Positions 20,939 to 29,737 of a stretch of DNA of 64,000 nt are shown one piece after another (within the stretch, counting starts at the first letter, position 1; every line of letters starts with the position of its first letter). A program made the position numbers and the translations under genes. Source of the DNA: a bacterium (GTDB lineage Bacteria > SAR324 > XYD2-FULL-50-16 > G965216635); assembly GCA_965216635.1 (NCBI GenBank), contig OZ244188.1:1792001-1856000 (forward strand), given 5' to 3'. The notes under the pieces were generated by a model, which had not been told where the DNA came from, did not search any database, and was given only the letters and a program-made list of their open reading frames with translations.

Positions 20939-20963
20939 TCTTGAATAAACTCAAAATTAGCCA
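20939..20963. repeat. 25-bp direct repeat, copy 2
   Basis: Identical to 19318-19342. Confidence 0.9.
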
Positions 20964-20976
20964 AAATTATTTCAAA

Positions 20977-21504
20977 CTAGATGGGGGAAGTTTCAACAGG
21001 GGCAAATTCGCGAACCAGTTTTGTAGGGGCTAGGATTGTTCTTACGATGGCTCTAGATATTTTTCGCAAAAAGATAACAACAAGAAGTATGGGAATCCAG
21101 TAAAACAACAACCCTCCCATATTTGCAATAAAAACTCTCCAAAAAATCCCTTTTGTTTGCTCAAAAACAGCTTTTATTTCTTGGTTCTTACTCTCTTCAA
21201 TTCTTTGCAGATTTTGTTCTACTTCTGTTCTAATTTTAGAATTATTTTTTAAAATTTCTCTCAATTTTAATTCAAACCAAAAATCTAAATGGTGCAAACG
21301 GTTGATATAATTGTTTAGCCCACTATGAACTAAATCAAATACATTTTTGTCGTATTTTTGTTTTTCAATTACAACATTCCTCAATCTGTCTCGTAAAACA
21401 AAAAGTTCGTTGCGTAAATTCCAACGGATAGAAGGCACAAGAATTGCCTCGTAGACAAAATGCCAAATAGCCAAAATAATTAATATGTAAAATAAGATTA
21501 TCAT
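20977..21504 (-). CDS. Hypothetical membrane protein (two TM regions)
   Basis: 175-aa ORF with hydrophobic N-terminus and second hydrophobic segment near the C-terminus. Confidence 0.6.
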   Translation of the reverse strand: MIILFYILIILAIWHFVYEAILVPSIRWNLRNELFVLRDRLRNVVIEKQKYDKNVFDLVHSGLNNYINRLHHLDFWFELKLREILKNNSKIRTEVEQNLQRIEESKNQEIKAVFEQTKGIFWRVFIANMGGLLFYWIPILLVVIFLRKISRAIVRTILAPTKLVREFAPVETSPI

Positions 21505-21599
21505 TTTATAATTATCACTAGAGTGAAAATTTGCTTTAGGCTTTGTTATGCCCTCCTAAAGAATCAGAAGGACACATTTTTGAAGCAGTGTAGCTTTGG

Positions 21600-21899
21600 C
21601 TATACTTTTCCGTAGAGCAAGAAAGCAATCAACAAAGCATAGATTACAAGAGACTCTATCAAAGCAAGTCCTATAATCATAGGCACAAAGATTTTATCCG
21701 ATGCACCGGGATTTCTAGAAATACCCTCTAAAGCAGCAGCAGACGCCAACCCTTGTCCGATACCGCCACCCAAAGCAGCAATTCCAATCGCCAGACCTGC
21801 GCCCAAAGCAGCAAAAGCAGCCGCGCTAGTAGCATCCTGTGCAAAAAGAGCTGGAACCAAAGCAAAACTAAAAAGCAGTAAACCAAGTAGTTTTTTCAT
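21600..21899 (-). CDS. atpE: ATP synthase F0 subunit c with N-terminal signal-like extension
   Basis: [23 protein letters not shown]. Confidence 0.95.
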   Translation of the reverse strand: MKKLLGLLLFSFALVPALFAQDATSAAAFAALGAGLAIGIAALGGGIGQGLASAAALEGISRNPGASDKIFVPMIIGLALIESLVIYALLIAFLLYGKV

Positions 21900-21971
21900 A
21901 AGTTGTTATTTGTTTTATAAGTTAAGGTAAGACTTTTGAATTAAGAGTTTTAATTCAAAAATTTCAAGGTG

Positions 21972-22688
21972 CTAATGAGCATGCTCCATAGCACCCGAAA
22001 GATAAACTAAAGTTAGTAGCAAGAATACAAAAGCCTGCAGACAAGCCACAAACAAGCCTACCCCTAAAAATGGAATAGGGAGAAGCAAGGGTAAAATACC
22101 AAAAAACACACCCACCACCTTATGATCCCCCGTCATATTTCCAAAAAGACGCAACCCCAAAGATATAGGACGAACAAAATGGCTAATCAATTCAATAGGC
22201 AACAAAAGCCAAGCCAGCCACCAAACAGGTCCCGTAAAATGTTTAATATAGGAAAACCCGTGAATAGTCACGCCTACAATATGGGTCGTTAAAAAAACAA
22301 TGATTCCTAAAACTATGGTTGTATTGATCTGATCCGTAGGAGGATTAAAACCCGGGATACTTCCTATAAGGTTATTGAAAAGAATAAAAAAGAAAAGACT
22401 AGCAATAAGAAAAAAGAATTTAGGAGTCTTTTCTCCTAAAAAACCTTTAGTGAAAAAATAAAGTTTGGATAAGGCTATCTCCACCACCCGAGAAAAACTT
22501 AAAGTTTTAGTTGGCTCCACCATTTTATTTTTGCGATACCCCCTCCCCGCAAAAAAAGCAATAACTACTAAAACAAAAGAAGCTATCAGCATATCTATTC
22601 CCAAATGCGGGTCTATCCCGTAATGCTCCATTGTTTCTCCTACAGGATGTAGTAAAGAGCCCCAAGTAAAACTGTTTGTAGATGCCAT
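21972..22688 (-). CDS. atpB: ATP synthase F0 subunit a
   Basis: NLIGSIPG, RPISLGLRLFGNM, LQAFVFLLLTLVY. Confidence 0.95.
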   Translation of the reverse strand: MASTNSFTWGSLLHPVGETMEHYGIDPHLGIDMLIASFVLVVIAFFAGRGYRKNKMVEPTKTLSFSRVVEIALSKLYFFTKGFLGEKTPKFFFLIASLFFFILFNNLIGSIPGFNPPTDQINTTIVLGIIVFLTTHIVGVTIHGFSYIKHFTGPVWWLAWLLLPIELISHFVRPISLGLRLFGNMTGDHKVVGVFFGILPLLLPIPFLGVGLFVACLQAFVFLLLTLVYLSGAMEHAH

Positions 22689-22771
22689 TAGTATTTAAAA
22701 GTAATAAGTTGTAGATTATACTAAAGAACAAAATAAATCAATCATTATTTTGCAAAAAATACAAAAAAATT

Positions 22772-22809
22772 ATAATTTATAGAAAAAACTTGTTTTTTCT
22801 ATAAATTAT
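22772..22809. promoter_or_regulatory. Perfect 18-bp inverted repeat in the divergent atpB / tRNA-Val intergenic region
   Basis: ataatttatagaaaaaac-tt-gttttttctataaattat. Confidence 0.5.
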
Positions 22810-22829
22810 CTATTATCTTTTAATTTAAA

Positions 22830-22905
22830 GGGCGCTTAGCTCAGCTGGGAGAGCAACGGCCTTACAAGCCGTAGGTCACAAGTTCGATCCTTGTAGCGCC
22901 CACCA
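22830..22905 (+). tRNA. tRNA-Val(TAC)
   Basis: GGGCGCT/AGCGCCC acceptor, CTTACAA anticodon loop, GTTCGATCC T-loop, CCA end. Confidence 0.96.
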
Positions 22906-22936
22906 AATCTTGATTATGTTTGGTTTGACATTAGAG

Positions 22937-23183
22937 TATATTTTGACTAAACTTTGGTAAAAACTAGATAAACTAGGAAAATATTTCTTTAAAAAACCCT
23001 TGCATTAAGTTATATTTTGACTAAACTTTGATAAAATCTAGATAGACTAGGAAAATATTTCTTTAAAAAACCCTTGCATTAAGTTATATTTTGACTAAAC
23101 TTTGGTAAAATCTAGATAAACTAGGAAAATATTTCTTTAAAAAACCCTTGCATTAAGTTATATTTTGACTAAACTTTGATAAA
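22937..23183 (+). repeat. 74-bp tandem repeat (3 full + 1 partial) generating repeated sigma70-like promoters
   Basis: Units start 22937, 23011, 23085, 23159; TTGACA-N17-TAAACT at the first unit, TTGCAT-N16-TAAACT at later junctions. Confidence 0.9.
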
Positions 23184-23184
23184 G

Positions 23185-23254
23185 TCTAGTCTAAACTAGA
23201 CACAAACTAGGAAATATCTAGCTAAAATCTAGTCTAAACTAGACACAAACTAGG
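23185..23254 (+). repeat. Two copies of tctagtctaaactagacacaaactagg, 43 bp apart
   Basis: Read directly; core TCTAGT-ctaa-ACTAGA is palindromic. Confidence 0.75.
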
Positions 23255-23292
23255 CATGTTTCTTTAAATTTTAATCTAAATTAAAAAAAATT

Positions 23293-24564
23293 ATGGAAAG
23301 AGTATCAAAAAGAGCGTTAAAAACACCTCTTAAAAATTGTGAGACAAAATTAGCTCAGGCTGGTTTTCAACGGGCGAGTTTTCGTGGGGCGTTATTGCTA
23401 GGTGCGGTTTTGTTGAGTTTGCTATTTGTAGGTAATCTGCAAGCTCAGAGCAGCGTTAGCACAAAACAAGGATTTTTTGCTGGTATTGTCTATCTACAAG
23501 GTTTCGGAGTAGATACCACAAAAACTAGCACAAACTCTACCACTGGCTATAGAGTAACCTATTCAAACGAAACTACTGGAATAGACGCAACCTCTGGGTT
23601 GGCTTATTGGGATACCCCAGCGGGGACGACAGTCGGAATTGGAGTTAGAGCTTTAATAGAGGCAAACTGTGAAAGCGGTGCACTGACTGTTGGAGATTAT
23701 TCTATAGGCTCAGAGATCTTTTTTTCTTTTGATCCTGGTGCGAAACCGTCTTTAGCTGATATTAATAGTCCTACGAATGATGCTACTGTTACTTTTCATG
23801 ACGGCGATATTTCTGATAGAACCTTTCCTTCAGGATTGGTAGCTGGAAAAAAATCCTATTGTGAAACTTACTTTGATAACCTTCCCGAAATTGAGTTTTC
23901 TGCCTATGAGATAGCGACTCCAGATTCGCCTTCAAAACCCCCCGTCACCAGCACAGAGAGCGACGCACTCAACGGTGTCGGTCTGCAATTCGGCTGGCGA
24001 GGGGAAAAATGGAGAGCCTCTCTGACTCACTTTACTGGCAAGGGTGGAGCTAACGAGCTCGTCAATACAGTAGTGATGGCGGAGTATTTTTTTCACGAGG
24101 AGTTTTTTGCAGGAGGTGGTCTAGCGAGTATGAAACTTACCAATGGATCTACTAGCGCCTCGGCTACTAGTCCCGTGTTAACGGTAGGCTATAAGGAGAA
24201 CTTAACTCCCAACCTATTCTTTAATATTAGCTTGACGAAGTATATCTCGGGTATTTCTCTGAGCCGTTCTATTAGTCCTACAGCTGTTGTAAACAAAACT
24301 TTTACCCGCACACAAACTGAACGCGGTAAAGATAGTCATAAAGCAACATTGGGTGGATCCAGGTTGATACTAGATATTTCTGGGACAGGAATCTCACCCA
24401 TATTCGTTTATTCTAATATTCCTCCGGATCAAAGAATAGAAGTAACCCAATTCCGCAGCAGAGATGTGGAAATACAAGAAGTCACAACTCCAGCAGCGCA
24501 GAAAATTGAAGCCGAAATCAAAGCCCCCGTAGTCGTCAGCATCTCCCTCCACTGGCGCTTTTAA
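23293..24564 (+). CDS. Putative outer-membrane beta-barrel surface protein with large loops
   Basis: Long signal peptide ending LQA, alternating amphipathic strands (VGLQFGW, LTVGYK), C-terminal ISLHWRF. Confidence 0.6.
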   Translation: MERVSKRALKTPLKNCETKLAQAGFQRASFRGALLLGAVLLSLLFVGNLQAQSSVSTKQGFFAGIVYLQGFGVDTTKTSTNSTTGYRVTYSNETTGIDATSGLAYWDTPAGTTVGIGVRALIEANCESGALTVGDYSIGSEIFFSFDPGAKPSLADINSPTNDATVTFHDGDISDRTFPSGLVAGKKSYCETYFDNLPEIEFSAYEIATPDSPSKPPVTSTESDALNGVGLQFGWRGEKWRASLTHFTGKGGANELVNTVVMAEYFFHEEFFAGGGLASMKLTNGSTSASATSPVLTVGYKENLTPNLFFNISLTKYISGISLSRSISPTAVVNKTFTRTQTERGKDSHKATLGGSRLILDISGTGISPIFVYSNIPPDQRIEVTQFRSRDVEIQEVTTPAAQKIEAEIKAPVVVSISLHWRF

Positions 24565-24603
24565 CAAAAAAAAAAACTACAATGGATGTTGCAAAGCATA
24601 ACA

Positions 24604-24712
24604 TGTAGAGACGCCCTACACGGGCGTCTTATATGATGTGCATAAACCACAAAAAAAACTATTTTAATAAAAGTTCTGAATTTATGAGACGCTCGTATAG
24701 AGCGTCTCTACA
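24604..24712. repeat. Inverted pair of GTAG-type REP-like palindromes (REPIN/BIME-like)
   Basis: tGTAGagacgccc-taca-cgggcgtct ... agacgctc-gtata-gagcgtctCTACa. Confidence 0.7.
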
Positions 24713-24896
24713 GACCTACATAAAATAAAAAATAACGCCCCGCATTTCCCCAAACATCTTCTTAAGAACGGGGACACATTTTTACCCAAAATGGTTGAAT
24801 AAGCAAAAAATAACGTTCCCGCAAAAACACCTAAAAAACAAAATTGCAGGGGACATTTTTTTAATTCTGCCCCATAATCTTTTTATTTTTTAGAAC

Positions 24897-24925
24897 TTGA
24901 CTTTAATAGGACAATTTGCTAAAAT
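24897..24925 (+). promoter_or_regulatory. sigma70-like promoter, repeated at 26121-26149 and 26904-26932
   Basis: TTGACT-N17-TAAAAT upstream of paralogs 1, 3 and 4. Confidence 0.65.
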
Positions 24926-24959
24926 AAAATAACCAAAATAAAAACCTTATAAAAGTAAA

Positions 24960-25484
24960 ATGTTAAGAACAACTACAGCACAAAAATTTACTTCTACTAA
25001 AATCTACGATCTTTTGATTGGACTAGGTGCAGAAAAAAAGAGCGCAGAGATTGCTATTGGAGAGTTTGTGGAACTGGTCCCAAAAGCTTTGGCTTCTAGT
25101 ACAACAGAAACGGGTTTGGATACCACTCTTCCTACGGACAAAGGGGATATCTGGAGATTGGAAGCCATCATTTCAGACAACAAAAGCGATACAGACATAA
25201 AACTGAAAGATATTGAGAAGGAAATAATAAAAACCAAAAGCGACCTAGAAAAAACTATAGCAAAAAACAAAAGCGCTACCGATTTGAAAATAGAAAAGAT
25301 GAGAACAGAAGCAGCAAAAAACAAAAGCGATACCGACCTGAAATTTAAGGATATAGATTTAAAAATAGAAAGGATGAGAACAGAAGCAGAAAAAAATAAA
25401 AACTCTTTATTATTTTGGGGTGTGTCAGTCCAGTTAGCAGTTGGTGGGTTGGTTGTGACTATATTGCAATTTTTACAAAACTAA
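24960..25484 (+). CDS. DUF1640/CCDC90- or Bdr-like coiled-coil membrane-anchored protein, paralog 1
   Basis: Conserved head (KIYDLLIGLGAEKKSAE), TDKGDI neck, KSDTDLK repeat stalk, C-terminal TM (different anchor from paralogs 2-4). Confidence 0.7.
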   Translation: MLRTTTAQKFTSTKIYDLLIGLGAEKKSAEIAIGEFVELVPKALASSTTETGLDTTLPTDKGDIWRLEAIISDNKSDTDIKLKDIEKEIIKTKSDLEKTIAKNKSATDLKIEKMRTEAAKNKSDTDLKFKDIDLKIERMRTEAEKNKNSLLFWGVSVQLAVGGLVVTILQFLQN

Positions 25485-25491
25485 AAATAAA

Positions 25492-26025
25492 ATGTTAAGA
25501 ACAACTACAGCACAAAAATTTACTTCTACTAAAATCTACGATCTTTTGATTGGACTAGGTGCAGAAAAAAAGAGCGCAGAGATCGCTATTGGAGAGTTTG
25601 TAGAACTGGTCCCAAAAGCTTTGGCTTCTAGTACAACAGAAACGGGTTTGGATACCACTCTTCCTACGGACAAAGGCGATATCTGGAGATTGGAATCCAT
25701 CATTTCAGACAACAAAAGCGATACAGACATAAAACTGAAAGAAATTGAGGGAAAAATAATAGAAAGCAAAAGCGATACCGATTTGAAAATAGAAAAGATG
25801 AGAACAGAAGCAGAAAAAAACAAAAGCGACCTAAAAGAAACTATAGCAAAAATCGAAAGCAACCTAAAAGAAACTATAGCAAAAAACAAAAGTGATACCG
25901 ATTTAAAAATATCAGAAAGTAGAGTTCAGATAATCAAATGGGTTATTGCGACTACTCTAACCAGTACGGGTATATTGATTGTTATAATATTTGGATTGTT
26001 GCAATTCTTAAAAGTGGCAGCATAA
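25492..26025 (+). CDS. DUF1640/Bdr-like protein, paralog 2
   Basis: First ~80 aa near-identical to paralog 1; anchor IIKWVIATTL. Confidence 0.7.
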   Translation: MLRTTTAQKFTSTKIYDLLIGLGAEKKSAEIAIGEFVELVPKALASSTTETGLDTTLPTDKGDIWRLESIISDNKSDTDIKLKEIEGKIIESKSDTDLKIEKMRTEAEKNKSDLKETIAKIESNLKETIAKNKSDTDLKISESRVQIIKWVIATTLTSTGILIVIIFGLLQFLKVAA

Positions 26026-26196
26026 ACATAAAATACCTCCCCGCCAAAAACACCCAAAAAAACAAAATTGCAGGGGATATTTTTTAAATTCTGCCCTATA
26101 ATCTTTTTATTTTTTTGGGCTTGACTTTAGTAGAATAGTTTGCTAAAATAAAACAACCAAATAAAATAACCAAAATAAAAACCTTATAAAAGTAAA

Positions 26197-26808
26197 ATGT
26201 TAAGAACAGCTACAGCACAAAAATTTACTTCTACTAAAATCTACGATCTTTTGATTGGACTAGGTGCAGAAAAAAAGAAAGCAGAGATTGCTATTGGAGA
26301 GTTTGTAGAACTGGTCCCAAAAGCTTTGGCTTCTAGTACAACAGAAACGGGTTTAGATGCCACTCTTCCTACGGACAAAGGGGATATCTGGAGATTGGAA
26401 TCCATCATTTCAGAGAACAAAAGCGATACAGACATAAAACTGAAAGAAATTGAGGGAAAAATAATAGAAAGCAAAAGCGATACAGAAAAAATAATAACAA
26501 AAAACAGAAACGACCTAGAAAAAATAATAACAGACAACAGAAACGATCTAGAAAAAATAATAACAGACAACAGAAACGATCTAGAAAAAATAATAACAAA
26601 AAACAGAACCGACCTAGAAAAAACTATAGCAAAAATCGAAAGCAACCTAAAAGAAACTATAGCAAAAAACAAAAGCGATACCGATTTAAAAATATCAGAA
26701 AGTAGAGTTCAGATAATCAAATGGGTTATTGCGACTACTCTAACCAGCACGGGTATATTGATTGTTATAATATTTGGATTGTTGCAATTTTTAAAAGTAG
26801 TAGCATAG
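26197..26808 (+). CDS. DUF1640/Bdr-like protein, paralog 3
   Basis: Same head; four 11-aa EKIIT(K/D)NR(N/T)DL repeats. Confidence 0.7.
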   Translation: MLRTATAQKFTSTKIYDLLIGLGAEKKKAEIAIGEFVELVPKALASSTTETGLDATLPTDKGDIWRLESIISENKSDTDIKLKEIEGKIIESKSDTEKIITKNRNDLEKIITDNRNDLEKIITDNRNDLEKIITKNRTDLEKTIAKIESNLKETIAKNKSDTDLKISESRVQIIKWVIATTLTSTGILIVIIFGLLQFLKVVA

Positions 26809-26962
26809 GTATAAAACACCTCCCCGCCAAAAACCCACAAAAAAACAAAATTGCAGGGGACATTTTTTTAATTCTGCCCTATAATCTTTTTATTTTTTAG
26901 AACTTGACTTTAATAGGACAATTTGCTAAAATAAAACAACCAAATAAAATAACCAAAATAAA

Positions 26963-27562
26963 ATGTTCAGAACAACTACAGCACAAAAATTTACTTCTAC
27001 TAAAATCTACGATCTTTTGATTGGACTAGGTGCAGAAAAAAAGAGCGCAGAGATTGCTATTGGAGAGTTTGTAGATTTGGTCCCAAAAGCTTTGGCTTCT
27101 AGTACAACAGAAACGGGTTTGGATACCACTCTTCCTACGGACAAAGGGGATATCTGGAGATTGGAATCCATCATTTCAGACAACAAAAGCGATACAGACA
27201 TAAAACTGAAAGAAATTGAGGGAAAAATAATAGAAAGCAAAAGCGATACAGAAAAAATAATAACAAAAAACAGAAACGACCTAGAAAAAATAATAACAAA
27301 AAACAGAAACGACCTAGAAAAAATAATAACAGACAATAAAAATGATACAGACCTAAAACTGAAAGATATTGAGAGTAAAATCGTAGAAACCAAAAGCGAT
27401 CTAAAAGAAACTATAGCAAAAATCAAAAGCGATACCGATTTAAAAATATCAGAAAGTAGAGTTCAGATAATCAAATGGGTTATTGCGACTACTCTAACCA
27501 GCACGGGTATATTGATTGTTATAATATTTGGATTGTTGCAATTTTTAAAAGTAGTAGCATAG
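26963..27562 (+). CDS. DUF1640/Bdr-like protein, paralog 4
   Basis: Same head and anchor as paralog 3; different repeat composition. Confidence 0.7.
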   Translation: MFRTTTAQKFTSTKIYDLLIGLGAEKKSAEIAIGEFVDLVPKALASSTTETGLDTTLPTDKGDIWRLESIISDNKSDTDIKLKEIEGKIIESKSDTEKIITKNRNDLEKIITKNRNDLEKIITDNKNDTDLKLKDIESKIVETKSDLKETIAKIKSDTDLKISESRVQIIKWVIATTLTSTGILIVIIFGLLQFLKVVA

Positions 27563-27995
27563 GTATAAAACACCTCCCCGCCAAAAACACCTGAAAAGAT
27601 GTTTTTGCTCTATTCAACCATTTGGCAACCATTTGGCTTTGTAAAAAAATGTTCCCAATGTTTTGATTGCTGAAAAATCGCCTCCCTGTCCCACAAATGC
27701 ACCAAAAAAGAAAAACCATAATTATTTACAAACCCAGATAATAAAAAAAAAACAAAGCTAAAAAATAAAATTTAAAAAGCTACAACCACCCAAGAAAAAC
27801 TTGCATTAATAATATCACTGTGAGACCATAGTTTTTATGTAACTGGATAGCAAAAAGATGCATTGCCATAACTAGCCTCTAGTTTAAAAGATCTCAAATA
27901 GTTATGAGGCAGAATGTACTAGACAAAATCTAATTCTATCTGTTATAATCAGTCCTAGATAAGCAGTTATAGGTAATTTTATTCTTAAAAAATTA

Positions 27996-28073
27996 GGGGT
28001 TGTAGTTCAGTTTGGTTAGAACGCCGGCCTGTCACGCCGGAGGTCGCGGGTTCGAGTCCCGTCAACCCCGCCA
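27996..28073 (+). tRNA. tRNA-Asp(GTC)
   Basis: GGGGTTG/CAACCCC acceptor, CTGTCAC anticodon loop, GTTCGAGTCC, CCA; TG-n-TATAAT upstream at 27941-27949. Confidence 0.96.
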
Positions 28074-28091
28074 TTATTAACAATTTGAAAA

Positions 28092-29720
28092 ATGAAAGAA
28101 ATAAACACAGCACCCGAAACAATCAGAACGATATTCTCTAAAAATTATGAAATTCCTGATTTCCAGCGTCCCTATTCTTGGGATAATTATCAAGTAAATC
28201 AACTGTGGGAAGATTTTACCACTTTTTATTCTGATAACAAGAATAAACCAGAAACATATTATTTTGGTAATATTATTGTTTATGAAGAAAATGATAAACG
28301 TTTAGTAATTGATGGACAGCAAAGATTAACTACTTTATTGCTTTTAATCAAAGCACTTTTTGAAAAAGCAGGTTCCTATACAGAATTAGAAATTTGTTTG
28401 AAAAAAGCAGATAAAAGAGACAGAAAAAAACTTAAAAATGAGTTGAGAGTCGTTTCAAAGGTTGAAGTTAAGGAAGATCAAAAAAATCTTGAAAAACTTA
28501 TTTTGCATAATAATAGAGAAGGGAAAAGTCAACAAAACAAAAACTTTGAATGCTTAATAAAAAAACTTGAAGAATGGCAAAATTCTACAGACAGAGACTC
28601 AGAGAAATTAAATGAATTAATAGACACCTTGCTAGACAAAGTAGTTTTACTTCCCATTCGTTGCGAAAATGAAGACGATGCCTTATCTATTTTTCAAACT
28701 ATCAACGATAGAGGTATGTCTTTAGACGATTCTGATATTTTCAAAGCACAATTGTATTCTAAAGCCAAAAAGGAGAGAAAAGAAAAAGAGTTTGTAAAAA
28801 GATGGGGGGCATTAAAAGATCATTTATGGCTTTTTAGAATCCACATGCACATTCAGAGAGCAGAAGATAATATTATAGCCAAAGAAAAAGCACTGCGAGC
28901 ATATTTCCAAGAAAAAGGAAAAGACAGATTAAAAGATTATAATGTTATAATGAAGAGTTTAGAAACTTATTATAATATTATTGAATACTGGAAAAAACCC
29001 TATGAAATAGACATTTGGTGGAAAATTTTAGAAACCTATCCTAATCAATATTATAATTATCCTCTGTTTGTATTCTTACACGAACACAGAAACCGCAAGG
29101 AAGATGTATTTTCTATTGATAAAAAAACGGAAACAAAATTTCTTACCTTAGTCAAAGAGACTGTAAAATATTGTTTTATAAACGGATTGGCTTATAACAA
29201 TGTCAATACTATCAAAGATACTATTTTTAAAGTTTGCAAAGCTATTTATGCAAAAGAAGACTATCTCTCAATATACAAAGATAAGTTTCAGAAAGAATTT
29301 GAGGACTGCAAGCGTAAATTAGAAAACAACGACTACGGCAGATATAGAAAAGGTTTAGTTTTGCTAGCTTCTTTCCTTAATAAAAAACAGAATAATGAAG
29401 AATATTTAGACACACTAAATAACTACAATATAGAACATATTATGCCTCGCAAATGCCTTAACTATTTAAAAATATGGACAGAAGATTTATATAAAGAAAA
29501 ACTAGATAAATTAGGCAATCTTATCCCTTTAGAAAAGAAAAAAAATATACAAGCAAGCAATAAATATTTTATAAATAAAAAAACTATTTATGAAGATTCT
29601 AAAGTACAAGATGTAAGAAATTTATCAGCAAAAATAGAACATTGGCGCCCAGACGATTTAGAAACAAGACACCAAGAAGTAATGCGAAGATTAAAAAAAT
29701 TTTTTAAGGGCGGTTTATAA
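28092..29720 (+). CDS. GmrSD-type modification-dependent endonuclease (DUF262 + DUF1524)
   Basis: IPDFQRPYSW, IDGQQRLTT, FQTINDRG, IEHIMP, LGNL...N. Confidence 0.88.
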   Translation: MKEINTAPETIRTIFSKNYEIPDFQRPYSWDNYQVNQLWEDFTTFYSDNKNKPETYYFGNIIVYEENDKRLVIDGQQRLTTLLLLIKALFEKAGSYTELEICLKKADKRDRKKLKNELRVVSKVEVKEDQKNLEKLILHNNREGKSQQNKNFECLIKKLEEWQNSTDRDSEKLNELIDTLLDKVVLLPIRCENEDDALSIFQTINDRGMSLDDSDIFKAQLYSKAKKERKEKEFVKRWGALKDHLWLFRIHMHIQRAEDNIIAKEKALRAYFQEKGKDRLKDYNVIMKSLETYYNIIEYWKKPYEIDIWWKILETYPNQYYNYPLFVFLHEHRNRKEDVFSIDKKTETKFLTLVKETVKYCFINGLAYNNVNTIKDTIFKVCKAIYAKEDYLSIYKDKFQKEFEDCKRKLENNDYGRYRKGLVLLASFLNKKQNNEEYLDTLNNYNIEHIMPRKCLNYLKIWTEDLYKEKLDKLGNLIPLEKKKNIQASNKYFINKKTIYEDSKVQDVRNLSAKIEHWRPDDLETRHQEVMRRLKKFFKGGL

Positions 29721-29737
29721 AAAATTTGCAGACAAAG

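Noticed and set aside
22937..23183. CRISPR array
   Set aside because: The whole 74-bp unit is repeated; there are no variable spacers
25004..27426. Antisense ORFs over the four paralogs
   Set aside because: Shadow frames of repetitive Lys/Glu/Asp-rich coding sequence
24960..27562. Diversity-generating retroelement or shufflon
   Set aside because: No reverse transcriptase or recombinase in the window; variation is in repeat-module number, not adenine-specific
26037..27582. ccccgcca after the paralogs as tRNA-Asp att remnants
   Set aside because: Only 8 bp match the tRNA 3' end, and the copies are explained by duplication of the unit
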